A stretch of 32,000 nt of DNA from Akkermansia muciniphila ATCC BAA-835 (GCF_000020225.1 NC_010655.1:390001-422000), one strand, 5' to 3'. Counted from the stretch's first letter, positions 1 to 9,266 are shown. Numbers and translations are program-made. Notes: generated by a model from the letters alone, not told the origin.

Positions 1-250
1 CCTTTACGATGCCTTCAATCTGCGTTAGCTTGGCATGAAGTTGGTAATTCTTCTTCTGATGCGCCAGCCACGCACGTGGCGAAGCGGTGGCTTTCAGCCA
101 TTCGTTCACCTCCACTTGGAGCAATGTCGAAATAAGCACATCAATCTTTCGGGTATGGATGCGGATAAACAGAGTCGCGGTATCCTTTTTCAAGTCCTTG
201 TTGCGAACATGAAACGGTGTCAATTTTTTCGGAGAGGGTGTTGTTGCCAT
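1..250 (-). CDS. Partial integrase-like (tyrosine recombinase, Arm-DNA-binding-type N-terminus) protein; only the N-terminal ~83 aa are in the window and it runs off the left edge
   Basis: It is absent from the ORF track because it has no stop in the window. The reverse complement from the ATG at 250..248 reads MATTPSPKKLTPFHVRNKDLKKDTATLFIRIHTRKIDVLISTLLQVEVNEWLKATASPRAWLAHQKKNYQLHAKLTQIEGIVK and stays open to position 1. A basic N-terminus, a TLFIRI-type strand and ISTxxxVxxxxW resemble the N-termini of Bacteroidota/PVC-type site-specific integrases. Hand-counted GC for 1-240 is ~48%, lower than the neighbouring genes. The catalytic domain is not visible, so the call rests on family resemblance only. 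Confidence 0.45.
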   Translation of the reverse strand, partial: MATTPSPKKLTPFHVRNKDLKKDTATLFIRIHTRKIDVLISTLLQVEVNEWLKATASPRAWLAHQKKNYQLHAKLTQIEGIVK

Positions 251-269
251 ATATTTGTTTGTCGTTAAA

Positions 270-391
270 TTTGAATGTCGGCTTTCACAGTTGTTCCCTG
301 TCAGCCACTTTGGTTCTGCAAATATAACAACTCAAACTGCCATTTGTCAAATCGGGTCACCACGCAGGTCACCACGTTTTTTGAATGACGG
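270..391. repeat. Direct repeat TTTGAATG(T/A)CGG, two copies exactly 110 bp apart (270-281 and 380-391)
   Basis: Read directly: tttgaatgtcgg at 270-281 and tttgaatgacgg at 380-391, an 11/12 match. It lies in the ~37% GC spacer upstream of the integrase-like gene. Confidence 0.6.
355..376. repeat. Tandem direct repeat GGTCACCACG x2 (355-364 and 367-376, 2-nt spacer)
   Basis: Read directly: ggtcaccacg ca ggtcaccacg. Confidence 0.7.
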
Positions 392-456
392 TGAAATTCC
401 AAAATTCAGTCGAAATTTATATTGCGTTATTATTCAGTATTTTGCATCCAGTTCAA

Positions 457-481
457 ATTCATCTTGATTCACCTCAATTCA
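457..481. repeat. Three ATTCA motifs phased at exactly 10 bp (457-461, 467-471, 477-481)
   Basis: Read directly: attcatcttg attcacctca attca. The helical phasing resembles iteron or arm-type protein-binding sites. Confidence 0.5.
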
Positions 482-523
482 CAAACTCAAGTTCTGTTGG
501 AACCACGCCACGGAAAAATCCTT

Positions 524-1159
524 TTAACAGAATTGATTTCCGCACAATTCTTCCAGAATACCGTAAAAACGGCCCACATGCACCCCGTCCACCAGCACAT
601 GGTTTGCCTGAATGGCCACGGGCATCACCATCCTGCCGGAAGCATCCGCCTCCATCTTCCCCCAATGGATGAGGGGAAAGTATTGTCCCCGAAACACTCT
701 GTAGGCGCTGGCCACCTGTGTGAATGGAATCCACGGCAGGCAGCTGAATACGGCGATATCCGCCCTATGGCACGGATTCGCCTGGGCGGGAGCAAGTTTG
801 GCAGCCTGCACAAGAGGAACGGCATGTTTCAGGAAATCAGACAACTCCATCCGGTATTCCACTAAAATCTGAGTGAATTCTCCATCCGCAGCCAGCACTG
901 GAACCAGGGCATCCACGGACTCATACTCCCATACATCCCCTTCCTCCACCCGCTGGCGCAGCTGGGGCACCCTGTTCAACGCCTTCAGCAGCACAAACAG
1001 GCACAAAATGAAAAAGGAAACCCCCTCCCGTTTCGCATAACGGTACAGGGCATCCACCCGGACCGGGGACGTAATGGAAAACATGGGGCAGTCAAACGTC
1101 TGGAAATACTCATAATGAGACTTTCGAGGCCAGGAAGAGATTTCTATTTTCTTTTTCAT
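524..1159 (-). CDS. cat: Chloramphenicol O-acetyltransferase family protein (type A CAT-like), 211 aa
   Basis: The N-terminal ISSWPRKSHYEYFQTF matches the CAT motif (D)ISQWHRKEHFEAFQ. The C-terminal MPVAIQANHVLVDGVHVGRF matches the catalytic MPLAIQVHHAVCDGFHVGR, with the catalytic His and following Asp conserved. The length is typical of CAT (~210-220 aa). Confidence 0.85.
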   Translation of the reverse strand: MKKKIEISSWPRKSHYEYFQTFDCPMFSITSPVRVDALYRYAKREGVSFFILCLFVLLKALNRVPQLRQRVEEGDVWEYESVDALVPVLAADGEFTQILVEYRMELSDFLKHAVPLVQAAKLAPAQANPCHRADIAVFSCLPWIPFTQVASAYRVFRGQYFPLIHWGKMEADASGRMVMPVAIQANHVLVDGVHVGRFYGILEELCGNQFC

Positions 1160-1335
1160 GCACTTATTTTCTATTCAGGGAAGGCTCCCCGTTTCACAAC
1201 AGCTTCTTTCCTTCCATTATTCCCCGGCTCTACCGGAAATTCCAACCCGGCTGTTCCCAGCGCCAAAGCATTGATTAATGCTTCTATTTATTCAATTATC
1301 AACTATGTTGCAACAAAGAACATCCTGAATGCCCC

Positions 1336-4161
1336 CTACCCCTCGCGAACGGAAAGCAAATCCGTTACGGACGCATGCTTCATGCGCCACGCAGGCAGAA
1401 GGCACGCCAAGGATGAGAGGGAAAGCACCAAAAGCACAGCACAGGCCAGATGCGCCCAAGGCATCGTGACAGGAGGAGTAACGACGCCGAAGTGATAGCC
1501 GTATTCCAAAATCTGGATGGAGCACCAGGCGCCCAGGACTCCCAGCACAAGACTCATGACAACGGAGCACAGGGAAACCATCAGCGTTTCCGCCCAGAGC
1601 ATCCGCATCACCATGCCGCCCGGCACGCCCACCGCACGCATCAATCCAAACTCCCGGCGGCGGGACTGCACGGAAGCCAGGACGGTGTTAAGTACGGCCA
1701 GAACGGCGATCACCATCATGATGATGGGAAGCTTGCTCATCGTAAAAATCACATCGTCCCCGCGGCTGGTAACGCTTCCTCCCAGGCTTTCCCGGGTCAG
1801 GGCCTTCACCAGAGGCTTGGCGCCTTCCCCTCCGTTTTCCTGCTCCCGCACCTTCATCAGGGCGTATTCCCCCAGGTCGTTCTGAAGTTCCACGTTGCTG
1901 ATCCCCGGAGCAGTATCCCCCCAGATAAACTGGAATCCCTGATGAGCGTATTCCTCTTTGAGCCAGCGTTCATCGGCAATCGCCAAAGCGGCAACAAAAC
2001 CCCCGCGGCGCACGCGCATTCCGCTGGTCTTGGTCAACCAATGCCAGCCGGGGAAGGAAACTATTCCCGCCACCTTCCAGGGTTCTCCCCGTACGGCGCC
2101 ACCCCTGCCCCGGCCGCGAATACCGGCAGAGGGCTCATTTCCGGAACGGCGTTCCCGGGAAGACGGATTAACCAGCATCAAGTCATCCCCGACCTTCAAC
2201 CCCACCGTCCGTGCAAACGTGTCCGGAATCAGGAGAGAACGGGTGGATTCCAGCATGGCATAAGCCTCCTGCGGATTTCCGGAAACAAACACGGGGTTGA
2301 ACAGCGGATGGCTCCCCCCGGCCATCTCCGCCACGGGAATGCCGGCCAGTACGATGGAACGGTTGCGCATCCCGGAAAAACCGGGGCTTTTCATCTGTGC
2401 CGGAGCAATATCCGGTTCATCCACGTAGATGGGATACATTCGGGAATTCCGCAGGCTGGGGCGCGCCATCAGCTCCGGAACATCCGCAGATTTGAACTCC
2501 GTATGCAGGAAGGAAACCAGGGTTCCGGGTGTTGACGTATCCGGGGAAAAAGGAACCAGCATGGAATAGCCCCATGTCTGCACCCCCACAAAAAGAGAGA
2601 GGCCCACAGACATGGATACGGCAGTTCCCACGGAACGGCTGAGGTTGCGGCTGAGCTGCATTTTCAGGAAAGAATGCGGAACGTGCAGCAGAAATCCGGT
2701 AATCCATGCCCCGGCCCACTCCGTCACGCGCACGAAGGTGGGGGCCAGAAACAGCGCACCGGCTACCAGGCCGGGGTAACCCAGCCAGAAAAATATCCAT
2801 TTGCGCGTTTCTACCTCCAGGCCCGGCAACAGCAGGGCCGCAGGCTGAAGACACACGCATGCGAGGCCCGCCACGACAGACCACACAGGAACACGGCTCA
2901 CCTTCCCGATGAATCCGGAGGAAGGAACGGCCGCTTCCAGCGGAGACTGGCGGGAAGCGCGCCACGCAGGAATAATGGAAGCCAGCAAGGCCCCGCCCAC
3001 AGCGCATACGGCGGCGGTTAATACTGTGGACCAGGTCAGCACGGGTACAGAGGCAGAGCCTTCCTCCAGCAGGTACACCAGGAAAAAGCCTGCGGCCAAC
3101 CCTCCCAGCAATGCCGGAATGCACAGAAAAATCCCCTCCCCTGCAATCAGCAGTGCAATTTGCATGCGCCCCAGCCCCAGAGCACGCATCAGGGCCAGTC
3201 TGCGGGCACGTTCGCTGACGCCAATGCTCAACGTTGTGAAAATAATGAAAATACAGGAAAACAGGACAAGCCAGACGGACATTTCCGCGCTATCCTTCTG
3301 TGAACGGACGGCCCGGTCGCTGGAAAGCCGCCGGATGATGGAATCCGTATCCGCCACCGCAGCGGAAGCCTGGACCAGCTCCTGCCGGAAATTCTCAGCA
3401 AATTCCTTTTTGTCCACCCCTTCCTTGAGCTGAACGTAAATCAAATTAGGGGCAAAAGGCTGCCCCGTAATTTTCTCGCATACCTTCACGGGCACAAAAA
3501 GGGAGGAAAAAGCCGGGCCGGACATGCCGCCCGGCCCCATAATGACGCCGGGGGTGGCCTTGGCCTGCTTGACGATGCCCACAATCTTTACGTCGTACAC
3601 ATGCGTTCCCACGCGCACGTTCATGACAGTCCCCACTCCCGCGCTGAAATATTTGGCGCTTCCGCTGCCCAGCACCCCCTCCATGGCTGAGGAGGAAGCC
3701 ATATCCGGCCAAATTCCCTCTTTCAATTCATAAGGACACTCCACAGCATGGTTTCCCACCAGGATGGGGCTCTGGGGAGGAATTCCCATGCGGTCGCGCG
3801 TCTGCTCGTCAAAGCTGCCCCGCTCATTTCCGCAGCCGATTTGGAGGCGCGGCACCTGGCACGCGGCGTTCACCGTTTCCACAAGGGGAGAGGCGGCCAG
3901 ACGGGCGGGCAGCTCCGGGTCACGGAACTGCGGGTACTGTCCGGGAGGAAGGGGCCCTTTGGGAGACTCCGGCACCAGGCAGAGGTCATAATTCCCCATA
4001 TAGGCCTCCGCATCATTGTCAAACTCCCTGACCAGCGTATCATAGCTCCCCATCATCCATACAATGAGGCTGACGGAGACAAGGATGGCGAACACGCTGA
4101 CAGCCATTCGGCCGGGGTTGGCGCGCAGATCCCTCCAAATCAGTTTGAACATCAACGTCAT
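1336..4161 (-). CDS. ABC transporter permease with two FtsX/MacB-type domains and two large periplasmic domains, 941 aa
   Basis: The N-terminus MFKLIWRDLRANPGRM followed by a TM helix is typical of FtsX-family permeases. There are two FtsX-like helix bundles (..LALMRALGLGRMQIALL.. and ..EFGLMRAVGVPGGMVMRML..), each preceded by a long extracytoplasmic stretch. Its start overlaps the upstream ATPase stop by 4 nt (ATGA). Confidence 0.85.
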   Translation of the reverse strand: MTLMFKLIWRDLRANPGRMAVSVFAILVSVSLIVWMMGSYDTLVREFDNDAEAYMGNYDLCLVPESPKGPLPPGQYPQFRDPELPARLAASPLVETVNAACQVPRLQIGCGNERGSFDEQTRDRMGIPPQSPILVGNHAVECPYELKEGIWPDMASSSAMEGVLGSGSAKYFSAGVGTVMNVRVGTHVYDVKIVGIVKQAKATPGVIMGPGGMSGPAFSSLFVPVKVCEKITGQPFAPNLIYVQLKEGVDKKEFAENFRQELVQASAAVADTDSIIRRLSSDRAVRSQKDSAEMSVWLVLFSCIFIIFTTLSIGVSERARRLALMRALGLGRMQIALLIAGEGIFLCIPALLGGLAAGFFLVYLLEEGSASVPVLTWSTVLTAAVCAVGGALLASIIPAWRASRQSPLEAAVPSSGFIGKVSRVPVWSVVAGLACVCLQPAALLLPGLEVETRKWIFFWLGYPGLVAGALFLAPTFVRVTEWAGAWITGFLLHVPHSFLKMQLSRNLSRSVGTAVSMSVGLSLFVGVQTWGYSMLVPFSPDTSTPGTLVSFLHTEFKSADVPELMARPSLRNSRMYPIYVDEPDIAPAQMKSPGFSGMRNRSIVLAGIPVAEMAGGSHPLFNPVFVSGNPQEAYAMLESTRSLLIPDTFARTVGLKVGDDLMLVNPSSRERRSGNEPSAGIRGRGRGGAVRGEPWKVAGIVSFPGWHWLTKTSGMRVRRGGFVAALAIADERWLKEEYAHQGFQFIWGDTAPGISNVELQNDLGEYALMKVREQENGGEGAKPLVKALTRESLGGSVTSRGDDVIFTMSKLPIIMMVIAVLAVLNTVLASVQSRRREFGLMRAVGVPGGMVMRMLWAETLMVSLCSVVMSLVLGVLGAWCSIQILEYGYHFGVVTPPVTMPWAHLACAVLLVLSLSSLACLLPAWRMKHASVTDLLSVREG

Positions 4162-4904
4162 AAGGCGTCATTCAGCGTACGTTCATAGAAGGAGGACAAT
4201 TCCGCAGGACCGGCAAATTCCGCTGTGGATCTGTCGTCCACAATGCTGCCGTCCTTGAGTACGATTACACGATCCGCCCACATGGCTACGTCCGGCGCAT
4301 GCGTCACCAGGACAAAAGCACAACCTTGCGCACGATGCAAATCCCGGAACAAATCTCCCATAAGCCGGGTATTTTCAGAATCCAGGTTGCCCGTAGGCTC
4401 ATCCGCCAGCACCAGAGCGGGACCGGAGACCAATGCACGGGCAATCGCCACGCGCTGCTGCTCCCCGCCGCTGAGCGTATCAGGCATGGCATGCCGACGG
4501 TGAGACAGTCCAACCTTTTCAATCATGGCGTCCAGGGCGGCGGGAGCCACCCTCCTGCCTCCCGCCAGGGACGGCAACAGAATGTTTTCCTCCACGTTCA
4601 AGGTGCCCACCAGGTTAAACATCTGGAAAATGAACCCTACACGGTCCCGCCGGTACACCGTCAGGGAGGCATCCGACATGGAACCGAGATCCATCCCATC
4701 CACCGTCACCGTGCCGGAATCCGGAGCCAGCAGCCCTCCCAGCACGTTCAGCAGAGTACTTTTTCCGGAGCCGCTTGCGCCCATCACGGCGACGAACTCT
4801 CCCCGGTTCACGGTAAGGCTGATATCTTTCAGCACAGTTATACTCCCGGAACCGGATTTGAAACCGCGCTTGAGATGGCTGACGGAAATGACGGGGGAAC
4901 TCAT
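4158..4904 (-). CDS. ABC transporter ATP-binding protein (LolD/MacB-type), 248 aa
   Basis: Walker [11 protein letters not shown]-loop, signature [15 protein letters not shown], Walker [13 protein letters not shown] and H-loop VTHA are all present. Confidence 0.92.
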   Translation of the reverse strand: MSSPVISVSHLKRGFKSGSGSITVLKDISLTVNRGEFVAVMGASGSGKSTLLNVLGGLLAPDSGTVTVDGMDLGSMSDASLTVYRRDRVGFIFQMFNLVGTLNVEENILLPSLAGGRRVAPAALDAMIEKVGLSHRRHAMPDTLSGGEQQRVAIARALVSGPALVLADEPTGNLDSENTRLMGDLFRDLHRAQGCAFVLVTHAPDVAMWADRVIVLKDGSIVDDRSTAEFAGPAELSSFYERTLNDAL

Positions 4905-4919
4905 GGCGGAAACGCAAGG

Positions 4920-7127
4920 TTAAAACGTGGTCTTCAGGCCTACTTCAAACGTGCGCGGCTCTCCCACCGTGCACTGCACGGCATGGCGGGTGGACTGCAC
5001 GTACTTTTTATCGAAGATATTATACACAGCCAGCCTCAGCGTGGCATCTTTCAGCCATTTGGATTCCGGCAGGGGGATTTCCACCGTAAAGTCGAATACG
5101 CTATAGGAGGGGATGGTGTAGTTGTCCGCAATTTTTGCGCCCCGGAACGTAGCGTAATAGGAATCCTTGCAGCGGTAGCCCAAGCCCAGCACCGTACCGT
5201 TCAGCAACCCTCCGTCAATGCGGTACTTCTGCCAGAGGGCCAGAGCATTCGGAGCAATCGTGGGATACACTTCCCCGGTGGTCCGGTTCTTGGTGCGGGT
5301 GTAGGTGTAGGAAAGATAGGAACTCCAATTCTTGGTTATTTCCCCGTTCAGGGAAAGTTCCACGCCTTCCGCCCTCTTGGAGCCGTCCGAATAGTACCGG
5401 TTGGTATATCCGTCTATGGCAACAGGCGTATTATTCTGGATGATGTCAAACCAGGAAGCGGAAAACCACACCTTATCAACCGGGCTGACCCGGAACCCGA
5501 ATTCCATCTGGTCCGTACGCCAGGAATCGGTCAATTCCTTCCCGTTTTCATCCAGATACCCGAAGTTGGGGGCGGAGGTACGGGCTGCGTTGGCGAACAA
5601 CGCTACGCGTTCGCCGAACATGCGGGTAATTCCGAAGCGGGGGCTCCACGCAAACGCATAATTATTGTCCAGGCTGAAATGCGCGTCACCGCGAACGCCG
5701 GCCAGAAAACGCCACTGTCCATAACTGAGGACATCCTGCAGCAGAAAACCAGCCCTCTGCACCACGGTATCCGTCGCATTGGCGCCGGAATAATCGCGCC
5801 CTGCAGGGAAAAAAGGAGGAGGATTGTACAGGGAAAAATAGCCGTTCGTATTTGCGGTGGCGTTTGTCACCAGGCTGGAACCGTCTCCATAAGTGCTGCT
5901 CCCCGTGTAAGAAACGCCCATTAGGGCTTCATGCTTCACCTGCCCGGTCTTAAATTCCGCCAGTGCGTTGGAATAAAAATTCCAGTTGATATTCCACTCG
6001 TCGCTCCAGGCGGCTTCATATTTGGCCTTTCCGGAAGCAATCATCTGGTTGTAATAATCCGCCGTGCTGGTTCCTCTCCCAGCGGAAGAGGAAATGCCCC
6101 AGACATTATAGTCCACATCGCTGTACCCAATACCGCCGCCAATGCGGATCGTCCATATCTTTTCCAGCTTGCGTTCGAAATCCAGCATCGCCAGCAGGGA
6201 TTTGGAATTAAGCCTTCCGCTCGGAGAACCGTACCAAGCGTCATACGGCCCCACAAAATGGCCGCCCAGCACAGGGATGCCCATGGTCGTCGGAGAATTC
6301 TGATACTGGAAACTGGTCGTCAGCACCGTCTTGGTGCGGGAATCATGCTGCCAGCGGAAAATGGGGGACACCGTGTACTTCTGGCCTCCGTTGGCTCCGT
6401 TGCTCAGCCAGAACGGGCGTTCATACTCGGCGGCTACCACCGTGCGCAGGGCAAATCCATTCGTTTCATCCCCCCTGTACCGGGTATCGTCAATCGTTGC
6501 GCGGTATTTCTGCCCGTGATGGGAAAGGCGGGCGTAAGCCGTCAACTCCGTCCGTTCCAGGAAATCAGGCTCCTTCAGGATCAGGTTGATGGAACCGCCG
6601 GCGCCGTATGCCCCGAGCGTACTGGTCTGACCGCCGGAAATGGAACCGATGGGGCCTTTGACAATCTCAATATTTTCTATCAGGGACGTATCCATGCCAT
6701 ACCCCATGCCTCGCGGGAGGGGCATATTGCCGATCTGAACATCACTGCCGGCAAAGCCGCGGATGGTGTACTGGTCCGCCGTACGGGACAAAAGCATGTC
6801 CCCACCCGTATTGACGGAGGAATCCATACGCAGCGCTTCCACCAGGGAATCGGACCCCTTGGAATCCATCAGGTCCCTTGTAATGACGTTTACCGTTTGC
6901 GGAACTTCCTCCGTCTTCATGTTCGTGAGAGTAGCGGAACTGACCGTTTCCGCCCGCAGGGACCTGGAACGGATGGTCATCACGCGTTCCGGCATTTCCT
7001 GCACGCCTTCCTCTGCGGCGGCGGCCTTTGTCTCGGCATAGGCAGATTGTCCGAGAACAAGCAGGCTCCCAATGGCGGCAGCACGGTGCAGGCCGCGCCC
7101 CTGGCGGCGATGGCGGGGGGTATTCAT
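4920..7127 (-). CDS. TonB-dependent outer-membrane receptor (siderophore/metal-chelate type)
   Basis: It has a plug domain (..[22 protein letters not shown].., IEIVKGP), a long beta-barrel with many aromatic-x-aromatic strands, and a terminal ..FEVGLKTTF ending in Phe. The preferred start is Met at 7127 ([33 protein letters not shown], a signal peptide). The maximal ORF extends to 7178, and 7142 is another possible start. Confidence 0.9.
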   Translation of the reverse strand: MNTPRHRRQGRGLHRAAAIGSLLVLGQSAYAETKAAAAEEGVQEMPERVMTIRSRSLRAETVSSATLTNMKTEEVPQTVNVITRDLMDSKGSDSLVEALRMDSSVNTGGDMLLSRTADQYTIRGFAGSDVQIGNMPLPRGMGYGMDTSLIENIEIVKGPIGSISGGQTSTLGAYGAGGSINLILKEPDFLERTELTAYARLSHHGQKYRATIDDTRYRGDETNGFALRTVVAAEYERPFWLSNGANGGQKYTVSPIFRWQHDSRTKTVLTTSFQYQNSPTTMGIPVLGGHFVGPYDAWYGSPSGRLNSKSLLAMLDFERKLEKIWTIRIGGGIGYSDVDYNVWGISSSAGRGTSTADYYNQMIASGKAKYEAAWSDEWNINWNFYSNALAEFKTGQVKHEALMGVSYTGSSTYGDGSSLVTNATANTNGYFSLYNPPPFFPAGRDYSGANATDTVVQRAGFLLQDVLSYGQWRFLAGVRGDAHFSLDNNYAFAWSPRFGITRMFGERVALFANAARTSAPNFGYLDENGKELTDSWRTDQMEFGFRVSPVDKVWFSASWFDIIQNNTPVAIDGYTNRYYSDGSKRAEGVELSLNGEITKNWSSYLSYTYTRTKNRTTGEVYPTIAPNALALWQKYRIDGGLLNGTVLGLGYRCKDSYYATFRGAKIADNYTIPSYSVFDFTVEIPLPESKWLKDATLRLAVYNIFDKKYVQSTRHAVQCTVGEPRTFEVGLKTTF

Positions 7128-7185
7128 GTTGGATAAACGCATAGGGGCAAGTATAGGACGGAACAAAAAACCGTCCATTCCCGTT

Positions 7186-7204
7186 TGTTAACAATTTGAT
7201 AACA
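7186..7204. promoter_or_regulatory. 19-bp near-perfect palindrome TGTTAACAATTTGATAACA (9-1-9 layout); candidate metalloregulator (Fur-family-like) operator upstream of the TonB-dependent receptor
   Basis: Read directly. Comparison with its own reverse complement gives 16/19 matching positions. It is AT-rich, sits 59-77 nt upstream of the preferred receptor start, and has the same length and 9-1-9 symmetry as classical Fur boxes, though the sequence differs from the E. coli consensus. Confidence 0.35.
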
Positions 7205-7261
7205 GACCGTTCCTTTTCCTTCCGGCAAAAGCGCATCTGATGGCAGAACGGCCCCGCCCTT

Positions 7262-8149
7262 TCACAAACCCAATGCCTGCGCCCGGCTCTCCGCCGCGGC
7301 CTTCAGCCATTCCCGCAATGCCTCCTTATCCCCTGTAGCCAGCCAATTCCTCACTTGTCCCAGCTGGGACAGGGCTTCATCCAGACGCTCCAGAACAGCA
7401 GGAGCATTTTCCTCCAGAATTTCAGCCCACATGGACGGTTCCCCCATGGAAACGCGGGTAGTATCACGGAAACCTCCGGCGGATACCAGCCCCAGCAGCT
7501 TCACATCCCCACCGTCCAGGGCGCTGTGGACGCACAGGGCAGACAAAGCATGAGGTATGTGGGAAATGCGTGCCACGGAAGAATCATGATCCGCCGCTTT
7601 CATCCGGATGCAATGGCAGCCCACACGCTCCCAGAACCTCTGGAGCAACAGCAGCACATCTTCATGCACATGCTCGTCATTCGTCAGGATGCAGGTCGCA
7701 TCCCGGAAGAGGTCCCCGGAAGCATGCTCCATACCCTGCTTTTCGGAACCGGCCATGGGATGGGAGCCGATAAACGCCACGCCAGCTTTCTTCAGCACGG
7801 AGCCCACGGCCTGGTGAACACACCCCTTCACGGAACCCACATCCGTTACCAGTACTCCCGGTTTCAATAAAGGAAGCATATCGGAAACAAGGCGGGGCAT
7901 CACGCCAACCGGGGTAGCCAGCACAACCAGATCCGCCCCCTCCACCACCTCTTCCATCCGGGTGGAAGCGACATGGGCGGCTCCGGAAGAACGGGCATAT
8001 TCCAACGGTTCTTCCCTCCTGCCCCACAAGCGCACGTGCACATGCGGCAACTGCTTCCTGACGGCCAGCGCCAGGGACCCGCCCAGAAGGCCGGGGCCGA
8101 GAATGGCGACGGAGGAGAAAAAAAGCTGCTTTCTGGAATATTCTCTCAT
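7262..8149 (-). CDS. tyrA: Prephenate/arogenate dehydrogenase
   Basis: It has the Rossmann motif VAILGPGLLGGSLALAV and a prephenate-dehydrogenase-like core (GSHPMAGSE, ISHIPHALS). The preferred start is MREYSRKQ at 8149. The maximal ORF to 8230 would abut or overlap the upstream gene. Confidence 0.85.
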   Translation of the reverse strand: MREYSRKQLFFSSVAILGPGLLGGSLALAVRKQLPHVHVRLWGRREEPLEYARSSGAAHVASTRMEEVVEGADLVVLATPVGVMPRLVSDMLPLLKPGVLVTDVGSVKGCVHQAVGSVLKKAGVAFIGSHPMAGSEKQGMEHASGDLFRDATCILTNDEHVHEDVLLLLQRFWERVGCHCIRMKAADHDSSVARISHIPHALSALCVHSALDGGDVKLLGLVSAGGFRDTTRVSMGEPSMWAEILEENAPAVLERLDEALSQLGQVRNWLATGDKEALREWLKAAAESRAQALGL

Positions 8150-8229
8150 GGATTTACAGGGAAATACATCAGCGCCCCGGAACATCGGCATGTTCAGGGG
8201 CGCGGCGTGATCTCGTTGCGGCGGCCGCA

Positions 8230-8790
8230 TCAGGGCACGCGGAACTTCTTGATCTCGTTGGGGAAGTTGGTGTCCCGCAACACCGTCCCGGAGGGATACG
8301 GCTTATTGGTGCTCCTGTTCAAAATCTTGATCTTCTTGGTACGGTCATACGGGCTGACCACCACCGTGGGATCCGCCGTAGGCCACGCCACCGGGATGGA
8401 AGAAGAAGCGGGAGGTTCCACAGGCCTGGGGGCGGCAATGCCGGAACCGGAGGAGTCACCCACGGGATTAGGAACGACGGGCTTGGGAACAACGGGAGCC
8501 GGAGGCGTGATATTGTTGGCCCCGCCCACCATATTGCTGATGGTTCCGGAATTGGTCCGGGCGGGGTCCGGGTTAAACCCGGAATTCTGCCCGGCCATCG
8601 GGTCCAGAGAATTTTCACGCTGAATATCATTCAACAGGCTATTGCCCTGGACGCCCATAGCGCCGGACGGATAGACATTTTCCGTAGGATAAATGCCGAT
8701 GGGGCGTTCATTCACGCGCTCCGTTTCACAGGAAGGCAGAAGAATTGCACCTGCGGCCAGCAGCACGCCTATCGTCGGGGAAGTATTCAT
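8230..8790 (-). CDS. Pro-rich hypothetical lipoprotein, ~186 aa
   Basis: The internal Met at 8790 gives MNTSPTIGVLLAAGAILLPSC, a signal peptide plus lipobox (LPSC). The mature part is low-complexity and Pro-rich (PPAPVVPKPVVPNPV). I recognise no family. Confidence 0.6.
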   Translation of the reverse strand: MNTSPTIGVLLAAGAILLPSCETERVNERPIGIYPTENVYPSGAMGVQGNSLLNDIQRENSLDPMAGQNSGFNPDPARTNSGTISNMVGGANNITPPAPVVPKPVVPNPVGDSSGSGIAAPRPVEPPASSSIPVAWPTADPTVVVSPYDRTKKIKILNRSTNKPYPSGTVLRDTNFPNEIKKFRVP

Positions 8791-9266
8791 ATAATCTCTC
8801 TTCAGGTGATAGCTTTCTGCCAGCATCCTACGGTCCCGCAACCTCATGTCAACCATAAAGCCTGTTTGCCGAACCTCTTCATGACAAGGAATCTTCGGCT
8901 TCCGTCCCCGCACGCGGGCAAAGCCGCCCGAACAAACGCGCTCGCCGCATTTCTTTTACCCATCGGCAGCGCCGGAACAGCCCTGGACGGACTCAACAAA
9001 AGGAAGAGCCGGAAAACGGCACAAAGACGGAACAACCATCACTCTTTATCAACAAGCGCTCCAACAGGTACTCCTGCCGCAGCCTTATTCGGAAGAAGCC
9101 GGAGCTCCATTCCGTTCGCCAGCGGGAAGAGACGCTTCCCTCCCGAACATGCCGCACCGGCCTCCGGCCCTCCCCTGCCCGCCCTCTTCAAAAAACCGGA
9201 AAAAACGCTTCCCCCTCTTCCCGGGAACGCGCCTGTACGGGAACAGATTATCCTTCCCTACCCCCC

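Noticed and set aside
35-467. Plus-strand ORFs 35-268 (77 aa) and 255-467 (70 aa) at the left edge
   Set aside because: The first is antisense to the better-supported integrase-like frame. The second lies in the low-GC repeat-rich spacer and has no protein-like features.
1450-2535. 361-aa plus-strand ORF inside the FtsX permease gene
   Set aside because: It is antisense to a gene with clear FtsX features, and its His/Pro/Gly/Arg-rich composition is atypical of real proteins.
4299-7136. 541-aa and 401-aa plus-strand ORFs antisense to the ABC ATPase and TonB-dependent receptor
   Set aside because: These are mirror-frame artefacts of well-supported minus-strand genes, and their translations are not protein-like.
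9080-9110. ttcggaagaagccggagc resembles the SRP RNA domain IV GGAA-tetraloop region
   Set aside because: The flanking sequence does not form the conserved symmetric and asymmetric loops or the long closing helix. The match is limited to a few bases.
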